Shown: positions 12,371-22,379 of the stretch, piece after piece
Position numbering within the stretch: position 1 is the stretch's first letter
Layout: each line of letters starts with the position of its first letter
From: Eutreptiella sp. 'Long Island Sound 2002'
Lineage: Eukaryota > Protista > Euglenida
DNA length: 64,000 bases
Direction of reading: 5' to 3'
Assembly (NCBI GenBank): GCA_964036045.1
Contig: OZ038379.1
Location: forward strand, 48,050,001-48,114,000
Program-made: the position numbers and the translations under genes
The notes under the pieces: generated by a model
Told to the model about the DNA's origin: nothing
The model's input: the letters and a program-made list of their open reading frames with translations, nothing else
Database searches by the model: none

Positions 12371-13089
12371 CACCCCTCCTGCGAGCCCCCTTGTTCTTGA
12401 GAAATACCTGACCCGTGCTCTCGTAGCGCCCGTGCCACAGCCGAACACCACGTTGGCGCAATGCTATGAGCAATCGGAAGATGACCGGATTGGCTTGGAG
12501 AGACTGGAAGAGATTCAGGGCCTGCTAGCAGGTCAGGAAATGAACAAATACGAGGCACGGCCAGGTAGAAAGCAGATTGATCACCTTATGAAAACCCTTA
12601 AAAAAGGCGAAATATTTGGCATGGCTCAGGGACAAAGCTGGGCGACTCGTCACAGAGCCTTCAGATGTGTGTGGTCTCAGCCAGAATTCGGTGCAAATGT
12701 CAACGCACCTCAAGCCCAACTTTGGAAGGGCTGGATCTCGACTGATGACGATACCTCCTGCCAGTCACTTAAAATTTTCAGGAAACTTGAGGCCCCAAGA
12801 GGGTGGGCGGTGGTGGAGAGGCACTGCCAAGCATGAAGAGAAGAGCAGAGAAGAAAAGAGCAGGGAGGGGGGCTGGGGGTGGGGGTGGGGAGGGGGTCTG
12901 GCCCGATCTCCCCATATCCTATGGCTGAATCGAGCATCCCATGAGGGAGAGGGGGGACGAGGGGTCCTGAAGGGCGTGCAGAAAGGGGGTTCCAGGAGGA
13001 GGAGGAGGGTCACTCCTCCTACAGTTGTCAGCCGTGCCATAAACCATGCACGCATGTGGATGTGCTGGTCCGCAAAATGGGTCACACAC

Positions 13090-13676
13090 CTCCCGCACAA
13101 TGTCATGGCAATACTCAAGGGCCAGCGTGCTCTTGCCAACGCCCTCCGCACCAGTCAGCACAATGCAGTGCGCATGCTGTTGCACCTGCAACTCCTGCAG
13201 GGCATCAAGCTCCGCCTTCCGCCCGTGAACGTACCGGGGTCTCTGTGGCAGCCGCACCTCCCGAGTATCCAGCATGTAGAAGGAGGGCTCCGGGTGCATG
13301 TGCATGTCCGAGGCGTCTGAGCACACCTCAGAGCCCTCGATGGTACACGTCGAAGACATGACGAACCGAGTGATCTTTCCTTCAATGTCGAGACCGAACA
13401 CGGGGGCTGGGTCTGAGCGGCTGTTGATTTCGCAGCCGCAGACCGGGAACACAAAGGTGTCAGGTTTCTTCAGCCACTGGTCGGTCACGAACATTTTCAT
13501 GACGAGGTCTGCGATCATCTCCGGCGACATGTGGCCCCCGAGGTACGCGCACTTGTGATTGCCAGTGGACTGCAGGACGTGTGCAAGGACAATGCCATGC
13601 TCAATCTCGCGGGCACGTAGCGCAACCTGAAGGAAGATGTAGCGCTTGGGGGGCGGCGAATATTGTGGGCGTCACC
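13090..13676 (-). CDS. NB-ARC/STAND gene exon d (Walker A); needs one -1 indel in the G6 run at 13648-13653
   Basis: VHGRKAELDALQEL...CIVLTGAEGVGKSTLALEYCH. GT donor at 13089-13088 joins exon e in phase 0. The frame is open upstream to PKRYIFLQVALRAREIE. Confidence 0.8.
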
Positions 13677-13740
13677 CTGATGCGGCGCAGGACACCTCCT
13701 GTCTGCCCATCTTCCTGCTCCCCTGGGCGGACAGGAGTTT

Positions 13741-13771
13741 ACACGCACGCACGCACGCACGCACGCAGGCA

Positions 13772-13827
<56 letters not shown>
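13741..13827. repeat. (GCAC)n/(CA)n microsatellite in a 195-nt intron
   Basis: Directly visible tandem repeats. Confidence 0.95.
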
Positions 13828-13828
<1 letters not shown>

Positions 13829-13871
13829 CTATCCCCACTGTGCAGGCTGCTGAACTCGTTCCCCCCTTCAC

Positions 13872-14077
13872 CGTGTTCTCATGCGGCACAACACGCAAGG
13901 CCACGCAGGATACAGATGGTCCGCGGCAGGACCCAGAGGGGATGAGCCCAAATGAGCTGAAAGAGCTGGGTGCCCATCAGCAACGCGCCATGGCAGACCT
14001 CCAATCCAGGACCCCTGCCAGATCTCATGCCGGAGGCCGTCGAAGCCTTCACAAAATCGCGTCCGGGATGTGCCAGG
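13872..14077 (-). CDS. NB-ARC gene putative exon c
   Basis: CTGCAG acceptor in phase 0 (PGTSRTRFCEGFDG...) and GTGAAG donor in phase 2, compatible with exons b and d. Confidence 0.5.
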
Positions 14078-14958
14078 CTGCAGAGGCGCTGAGGGTATTC
14101 CCTGGTGCCTCGACAAGTGCTGCACAGAGGCCCATGGGTTCGGGTGTGTTTGTGTCCCGCCTGGAGATAGGCCGGTGTACCGACTGTGGGCCATCATCAC
14201 GGAGTCCCAGAAAGCGTTTGTGGCGCGCGACAATGTGCCAGAGGAGGTTCAAGGGGAAGGCGTCAAACTCTGCGGATGCTGTGCCCTGGGGTCAGACCTA
14301 CAATAATCTTCTTGAAGGGTAGGAGGTGATAGAACTGTGCCTCCACACGTGCGCTGTTTAGTCGGCGTGTCTGGGAGTGTTGTGGTCGAGTTTTGGCTGT
14401 ATTCTGCCAAATCTGGGCCAAACCGAGCCCTCTTCACAGCCATCTTGGGTTTCGGACCCTTTCCCAGGCAAACTGTGTGTTCCTGTGTGCGTTGCGTGAA
14501 TTGTGAACAGGGCCGTCTGCATGGGCATTTGGTGAAACCTAGTATGCACGTAGCAAAACCTAGTAAAATGTAGCAAAACCTAGTAAAATGTAGCAAAACC
14601 TAGTAAAAAAATTTTTTTTTAAAAAAAAAATTTTTAAATTTTTTTTTTTTACTCGGTAAAAAAAGCAAAATTTTTAAAAAATTTTCCCTTACTAGGTTAC
14701 TAGGTAGTGACAAATTTGGACTTGAATTTGAACAAAAAACACCAAGTTTATGGGGGGGGGGGGGTCAACGGTAGGTGGTATTTATGTTTAAGGGCATGGT
14801 GCCCCCTGGTCTATTCCAGGCCACTTGTGTAAGTGGCGCCCCACCCGGGCCAAACCGTGTATTGCAAGGTCAGCAAAAATAAAATGAGGCTCAAGAAAAG
14901 AAGGAGCTTTTATGTCATAAATATATATATACATATATGAGGTGCACACACGTGTGCT

Positions 14959-15447
14959 TTATATGAAGTCGCAAAACACGCGCTTGTAGATGAGGTCCGA
15001 CTTCTTGTCTTTGTAGGTGGGTTGTGCAGAGGGAGGGTTGTGCTTGCACATGTTGCGAAGCACGCCCGTGGTCTTTTCTTCCAACTCTTTGATTAGATTT
15101 TTGTCATACTCCAATTTCCCAGAGGCATCTTTGGGGTAATGCTCTGGAACAAAAAAATCTTCACCACGGATTACCACCTTTGGACGGACCTCATCTACAG
15201 AAGGCGGCTTGTCAACCACAAGCCGGTCACCCAAGGCGAATGCCAACACAATGCATGCCAGTGTGGCAGTAAATTGCACTCTCCATTTGCGCAATGCCAC
15301 ACATATCTCCGTGGAACAGAAACCGGAAGCATGCAGGGCACATTGATAAACTCCACATTCAGGGCACGTGATGTGGGCTGTGTCATCGCAAAAAAAGCAC
15401 GACGAACGGCTGGGTGAACAATAGGGCGTAGCATACATCCGTGCCAA
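14959..15447 (-). CDS. Hypothetical 162-aa protein with a Cys/His-rich (B-box-like) N-terminus and one hydrophobic segment
   Basis: CFFCDDTAHITCPECGVYQCALHASGFCSTEIC, followed by FTATLACIVLAFAL. Intact ORF inside the ACCTAGT element. Confidence 0.45.
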   Translation of the reverse strand: MARMYATPYCSPSRSSCFFCDDTAHITCPECGVYQCALHASGFCSTEICVALRKWRVQFTATLACIVLAFALGDRLVVDKPPSVDEVRPKVVIRGEDFFVPEHYPKDASGKLEYDKNLIKELEEKTTGVLRNMCKHNPPSAQPTYKDKKSDLIYKRVFCDFI

Positions 15448-15467
15448 GGCCCAACTGGGTGTGGTCT

Positions 15468-16423
15468 CAAGTGGGCAAAGTGGCTACCTCACCCCTGCCG
15501 TATCGGGGAGCCCCACCGATGCAGAGCGGGGGGCAAAATCAGAAGTGGCCCACAAGTGGGCAAATTGGCTACCTCACCCCTGCCGTATCGGGGAGCCCCA
15601 CCGCTTCAGAGCGGGGGACAAAATCAGAAGTGGCCCACTTGTGGGCAAATTGACTACCTCACCCCTGCCGTATCGGGGAGCCCCACCGCTGCAGAGCGGG
15701 GGTCAAAATCAGAAGTGGCCCACAAGTGGGCAAATTGGCTACCTCACCCCTGCCGTATCGGGGATCCCCACCGCTGCAGAGCGGGGGGCAAAATCAGAAG
15801 TGGCCCACAAGTGGGCAAAGTGGCTACCTCACCCCTGCCGTATCGGGGAGCCCCACCGATGCAGAGCGGGGGGCAAAATCAGAAGTGGCCCACTTGTGGG
15901 CAAATTGGCTACCTCACCCCTGCCGTATCGGGGAGCCCCACCGCTTCAGAGCGGGGGGCAAAATCAGAAGTGGCCCACAAGTGGGCAAATTGGCTACCTC
16001 ACCCCTGCCGTATCGGGGAGCCCCACCGCTTCAGAGCGGGGGGCAGAATCAGAAGTGGCCCACTTGTGGGCAAACTGGCTACCTCACCCCTGCCGTATCG
16101 GGGAGCCCCACCGCTTCAGAGCGGGGGGCAAAATCAGAAGTGGCCCACAAGTGGGCAAACTGGCTACCTCACCCCTGCCGTATCGGGGAGCCCCACCGCT
16201 GCAGAGCGGGGGGCAAAATCAGAAGTGGCCCACTTGTGGGCAAACTGGCTACCTCACCCCTGCCGTATCGGGGAGCCCCACCGCTGCAGAGCGGGGGGCA
16301 AAATCAGAAGTGGCCCACTTGTGGGCAAATTGGCTACCTCACCCCTGCCGTATCGGGGAGCCCCACCGCTGCAGAGCGGGGGGCAAAATCAGAAGTGGCC
16401 CACAAGTGGGCAAAGTGGCTACC
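15468..16423. repeat. 85-bp tandem satellite, ~11.3 copies
   Basis: Unit GTGGGCAAATTGGCTACCTCACCCCTGCCGTATCGGGGAGCCCCACCGCTGCAGAGCGGGGGGCAAAATCAGAAGTGGCCCACAA; starts at 15471, 15556 and onward. Confidence 0.97.
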
Positions 16424-17147
16424 CAGTAACCTAGTAAAAAAAAAATTTTGTTTTTACTAGGTTCTGAAACCTAGTAAAAACAAAAACTTTTTTTTTTACT
16501 AGGTTCTGAAACCTAGTAAAAACAAAAACCTTTTTTTTACTAGGTTTTGAAACCTAGTAAAAAAAAAACTTTTTTTTTTACTAGGTTTCCAATACCTAGT
16601 AAAAAAACCTGTTACCTAGTAAACTGTTACCTAGTAAAAAAAAATTTTTTTTAAAAAAAAATTTTTTTTACTAGGTTTCACTACAGACCCGTCTGCATCC
16701 AGGCTACAGTGAAACGCAGGAAGCATTTGTCCCAGGAACACAGAGATGGCACGGCAGCTCAAAGCAGGTGTTGACCCCAACAAGTGGTCAAACACATTTC
16801 AATGCGCATATGAACCCCCACCCCCCATGGCCCCTCGCCCATTGCCTGAACTGCACCAGTCCTGCACGCACCATAGCAGACCAAGCATTCATGGCACGGC
16901 AAAGGCATAATGCAGTCAATCTCGACATGCAGATGCCACTGCATCAGCACGCAACTCTGCTGCAGCCCCCCGGCCCCACCCTCTCTGGAGCGAAAACGTC
17001 GGTTTGGCATGCCACGCTCCAGGACCCACGGTGTGAAGTAAACCGGAGGTTTTGGCTCCAGGCAACTCAGGACACAAAATTATGGCTGTCTTCTTGCGAT
17101 TTGTTGCTTGCTGTTTGTTGTGTGGGATGGGGCGGTGGGGGTCGTAC

Positions 17148-17366
17148 CTGCTGCTCTTCCAGGAAGAGGATAACAGCTGCGTTGCTGTAGCGGGACACGC
17201 GGTGATTTAATATGTCTACAAGGCGTGGTACAGGATTGCTGTGGACACCCTCTCCTTGGTCTGGGATGCCCTGGATGTGCAGAAGGAGGATGACGCGCTC
17301 AGCCGTGAGGGCCATCAGGTCCGAGAGCAAACACCAGAAAGAGATGGACGAATTGGCGTACTGGTC
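17148..17366 (-). CDS. NB-ARC gene putative exon b (73 codons)
   Basis: CTCAG acceptor and GTACGA donor, both phase 0. Peptide DQYANSSISFWCLLSDLMALTAERVILLLHIQG...AAVILFLEEQQ. Confidence 0.65.
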
Positions 17367-18715
17367 CTGAGCACACAGGAGAGGGGAGACTGTGCACGCA
17401 CGTCTCATGGGCACACACGAGGTTGCGGCTGTGCTGCACGCAGGTGTCGTGCACTGCAAAGGCACACTACCAAAGATTACATGCGTACAAAGACATGTAC
17501 TCAGCACCGAGCAAATGGGCTTTACCGGGCGGAAGCAACCCTGAGAAACCCCCTGAGCAGACACTGTAGGGGGTCCAAAAAGTGTCTCTTACGAAAAGAC
17601 CTCAGAACAAAAGGGTGCATAATGCAGTGCAATAGTAGTGCCCATGGGACCGTACATTTCCACAAGCCGGCCCAATTGGTCAGTCAAGGGTCTGGTAGAG
17701 CATGTGCAATGCCAAAAGCAGTTCGGCAGCCCGATGGGTCTGAGAATCAGAAGACGACCGAAGGTCGTGCGATCCAGCGAAAAGGCTGAAATCTACACCT
17801 GAATGACAAGCACGTGCTTAAAGAATGCCAAAGAACACCAAAACACTGCAGACAGGTCGAACAGAAACATGTTGAGGTTTTACCCAGCTGACTGGATGCA
17901 GCATCATCTGCCTGCTGGATTTTAGGATTGACTCATCTGCTCCTTTTCTGTCCTCAGCCCGTGGTTGCTTTCACTTTGATGAAACAAGGAGCTCAGCCAG
18001 AAAGTGCCAGTGGCTGTTTCAACGAAGCGGCTCTTGCAGTGGGAAGAGCTGGGCCCTGTATGGACGCAGCAATAATGGTGAATACCACAGATTGCACCAG
18101 CGCCGGCCGTGTACTACCATTCTATGTGTTGTATGCCTCCAGCGCTGGCCCTGCAGTACCTTCCTATCAGTTGTATGGGCCCAGCAATGGTGAAAAGGAT
18201 CCCACCTATACTAATCGGATGTTCCACTGGGCACTTTGGAGGCTGTATTCCTCTTCATCGCCATCCATCACAAAGAGCGCCATAGAGGCAATGCATGGTG
18301 TTCAAAGCCATGCAAAGTGGGCAAATGTGGAATTGGGCATTTGGGGTCATTTTAAGTGCCTTGGTAGGCCTTTTGTTGGGGTCCAAGAAACTGCCTGATG
18401 GTGACAAGGCACCAAAGGTGAGGAAAGCATGTTTTCATCATTTCAGTGGGTTCAAATGCATATGACATCCGCTGCACGCCTCTCCCACACCGAAAACAGT
18501 CAAAAAAACAGCATCGTATGCTCATCTTTTGATCGTGTTTGGAATCATTACCTCTACTTGTGGGGCTTATGGCCGGTGCTACTGTTGTGCTCGATTTCTT
18601 TTTTCCTCAAACTTTGCACAATTCAAATTTATACTCAAAATTCGAGTGGAAACTGAGCCCTGAGGGTGCTGGGACTGGCAGCCGGGGGTTTGAGGCTGAT
18701 GTGAACTCCGCACAC

Positions 18716-19307
18716 CTGCACAAAGCACTCAAAGTCCTTGGATTCGGAGCTCGGGATCATAATGGTCGCATGCAGGTACACCATCAAGCGGTCCAACGGA
18801 ATTCGGGAACGTGCAATCTCGCGCAGCAGCAGGCGCACGTTTGTCAGGTACGGATATCGCTCGTCGTTGCGGTTGACAGCATTGAACACAATGGTGGTCC
18901 AGAGCTGTGGATCCTCAAACAAGTGTTGTGAGGCATCGCACCAGGACTCTTCACTGTCCCCAGCCTCCCAGAAGATGGCCAAATTAGACCGCAGCGGCTG
19001 TCCATCAACGATTCCGGAAAGGCTCAGCAGCTGCCGCTCGGCTGCAACCCGATTTTTCTGTCGCTGCCAGTCCGTAGTCCAGTTCGAAGAGCGCTGCTCG
19101 CCCGAGGCATCGCCCTCGAGCTGTCGCGTCAAGCGGTGCTCGTTGTGCAAGCGGAAAGTGTAGTCCGTGTCTGTGATGACCGGCGAGAATTTGAGCACCC
19201 GGGGGTTGATGGGGCGTTCCTGCCCCATCTTCCGATAGTACAAGTCCTTAAACCTTTCCATTACCCTGAGGCCCTGGTGGACCCAAGGGGATTTGTGGCA
19301 CTGGTTC
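18716..19307 (-). CDS. NB-ARC gene putative exon a (5' boundary uncertain)
   Basis: Protein-like ORF (MERFKDLYYRK...ECFVQ) ending at a GTGTGC donor in phase 0, matching exon b. Confidence 0.6.
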
Positions 19308-20770
19308 TACGGGGGTCTGCTGCACCCCAGGCCGTGTCCAGTGCCACGTCTACATGCCCATACTTGGCAGTGACAAAAAACACGCCCCTGAGAAGTCGCA
19401 TGAGATCTTGGTCTATGGGACCCCCTCTGTCCCCTACCCCTCGTTCATTCCCGTCCTGTGCCTCTGCTCTCCCAATTTCTCTCCCTCTGCCTCTTGAGCA
19501 GCGCCTTTTCTTGCTGCGAATGCCAAACGAGCCAACTGCCCGACTCTGGCACAAAAGTCCCTGATGGTATTTTGTCTGCTCAGTGTGCAGGTTAAGGAAG
19601 GGTATTGAGTGTATATAGCATTAGTGTTTACAGTATTCAGTGTTTCAGTGGCGCATACATCGCAAGCTTTTATTTGCCGTGTTGCAACTGCAAGCGCCAT
19701 GAATTGAATGCCGCATTCTTTTCCTCACCAGCAGAAAATCTGCAATGTCCGAGGCACTTCTTTTTGCAGGAACTGGCTGTACCCATGGTTCAGCAACCAT
19801 GGGCGCTGGGTCAAGTGAAGGAATGAAAAACCAGCTGCTTTGTTTGTCGCAACACTGCTTTTGCATGCTGGTCCAGGGGGTGGGTGGGGGCCACTTCTTG
19901 GCCTGAACATTACAAGAGATCACAGGCGCCAAAAGAATTGTTTTCATTTGGTTGTCACGTAATCAGGTGGCGGAGACCCGTCAGTGATGTCTCCTCACTG
20001 CAGGTGACCTGGGTGATTTAGGGTTCAGGTCACCAGTCAGATCTCCCAATCTGAAAGCAAGCATGATAACACCCAAAAATTCAGCGGCAGACAGCCCCAC
20101 AGGAGAGTTAGTTGGTGCCTTTTACCCAAACAGGTCCAATAAACCATCAAGAGGTGGCCCAGTTGCCCTAGTATTTTGACGCCTTGTTTGGTGGCTAGCT
20201 GATGGCACCGACCGAATGCGGTTTGGTTTGTTGTTGTTAGTGAGAGTGTTGGGCACACAACAGTGCTCATGACCCACTCCCCTAGGCATTAATCGGGGCG
20301 TCCTCTGCGGGTATTACACCTTACTTTTGCCAACCCATTGCAGAGGCTTCCAGGGGGCAGCTCTTACACCACCTCTGTCCCAAGACCTGGCCCATGATTG
20401 AAAGAAGCTGCAGGGCAAAGCCCTGGGGGTAAATCATTCGTAGGCGCCACCCATCCTTGGTTGTGGATATGTTTTCCCCCCATGAGAAATCTGTTCACCC
20501 ACATGTTTACTCGTGTTTACCTCTCCCTACCATTGACTACTTGCCGCCGGCAATAATTAGTGCACAAGTAGTGTCAAGAGATATTCATGGCACTGGGCAC
20601 TGGATTGCTGCAGCCGTCCCTAATAAATCCAAATCCTTGAGGTGAGGTGACAGAGTAGGTGGAGAACACCCACTCTAGCTTCCTGGTTCTCAAAATTCTT
20701 GACATAATCACTCTCCCGGGCAAATACCAACTGAAAGCTGAGGTGGCCCAGTGCTTTTGGTTTCTGGACA

Positions 20771-20802
<32 letters not shown>
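20771..20802. repeat. (CA)n microsatellite
   Basis: Directly visible. Confidence 0.95.
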
Positions 20803-20806
<4 letters not shown>

Positions 20807-21329
20807 CCTTCTTCAATTGTCTCATAATTTCTCATCACTTGCTGTCTACATGGTGAACAGCCGTAAAATTCGAGAAGTGTGGGTGGGGACACAGAAAGAA
20901 GGGGTGGGTGTGCAACAACAGAAAAATTAGTGGTCTTTTTTGTGCACGGCGCACACATTCCGGGACTCTTGGCATAGTGCACACCAAGATGGTACCCCCC
21001 CCCTTGTAAAAGCTACGCAAAAGTCCAAAATTAATACGGTCCCTACACCTACTGTAGCTTGGACAAGGCCGTAGACGCCCGGGGGCAAAAAGAAAAAATT
21101 GCATGGTGAGCTGATGCAAGAAAGGGGAATAAAATGCACAAATATCCCAAAAATCAGAGCTATGTGGGTTCAAGTTGGCAAACACTCACTACAAATGTGT
21201 CCATGACCCTATGTAATTGGTAAACTTGTCACCAAACCCCTGTTGCATGTGGCCGCACTACATTTGTAATGAATCAAATTCGGTACCAAATTAATACGGT
21301 CCCTACGCCCATTGTAGGTTGGACAAGAA

Positions 21330-21960
21330 CATAGCTTTTATAGGGAGGAGGAGGAGGAGGAGGAGGAGGAGCCATGGGTTTCGCACCCAACTAGACGTAG
21401 GAGGCACGCCTGGGGCTTGGATCCTCGCCACTCCTATCGTCACCACCATGATGATATTGCCTGTGGCTTCAGGTACCCCAAACACTTGGCATCAGACACA
21501 ATCTCCGGCCCCTCGCGTGAACCGGAGGAGGGTTCCTATCCAGACGTTCCAAGCACTCTCCCCATCTTGCAGTAGTGTCCTATTGTACTACGCGCACGTG
21601 TGGGCTATCTAAGACACTGAATGCACAAGGCACAACACATCACCAATATTGCAGAACGACATCACTACCCACTTGGTGTCGCAACAAACGGACATATGTG
21701 TACAGTCTCTAGGTCTGAGCACCTGCCGACGGGAGTAGATGTCCAAACCACGTCCTCCACTGCTGTAGGCAGGGCAAAATGACCTAGGCGCCAAGCGTAG
21801 TATAACACGTGAGGAATCCCTCAACTTGTGCCACGTATTGGTTGACCCACCACACCGTTCATGTTAGACGCGTGTGATCATAGGAGGCAACGGTGTCCAA
21901 AATTTACACTAGTGGCGGAACTCGTGCTATTTTGGGAAATTGTGTGGGTATCTTCATGGA
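21330..21960 (-). pseudogene. Decayed ORF of unknown origin ending in a (CCT)n/poly-Pro tract
   Basis: One frame reads VNQYVAQVEGFLTCYTTLGA*VILPCLQQWRTWFGHLLP...HHGGDDRSGEDPSPRR with several TAG/TGA stops. (GGA)n repeat at ~21344-21371. Confidence 0.3.
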
Positions 21961-22379
21961 GGGTGGCAAAGACCAATATACAGCCTCGGGTTCCGGTGCA
22001 TGTTTAGGTGTGCGCAAAGATGTACTTAGGACCAGTGGATGCCAGACACGGTGCAAATGGCAGAGGAGATGACTCGGCGGCCAACTGGGCTGGAGTGATC
22101 GGTGGCTCCAAGACGCTGGCGCCTGCGGAAAAGATTATCATGTTACAGCCTGCTCCAATAGTATAGGTGGACGTTGTGTGGTGCAAAAACCAGACATGGT
22201 GAGCCGAATGGGCATATGTTTCAAACCCATGAGCCTATGGGCTGTGAGAACATAACTTTTGACCACCTGTTCTTTAGACACTTCGTGTTTGGTCCATTTG
22301 TGTACACGTTGCACGACCTAGCCATCCAAGGTCACTCGAAACCATTCAATAATCGGCACTGGTCGCGAGGCCCTGGCCG

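Larger units (their letters stand above)
14532..16681. mobile_element. Intronic element bounded by arrays of ACCTAGT/ACTAGGT palindromes and a 13-bp inverted repeat
   Basis: GTGAAACCTAGTA (14532-14544) and TACTAGGTTTCAC (16669-16681). Motif arrays with A/T tracts at 14532-14710 and 16428-16681. Confidence 0.55.

Noticed and set aside
12616-13320. 234-aa plus-strand ORF
   Set aside because: It is a chimera of a LINE linker fragment and the antisense of the Walker A exon.
13960-14040. MORN repeat in IWQGSWIGGLPW
   Set aside because: Single weak match with no tandem repetition.
15461-16460. 322-, 292- and 244-aa ORFs
   Set aside because: They are artefacts of reading a nearly stop-free 85-bp satellite; the unit length is not a multiple of three.
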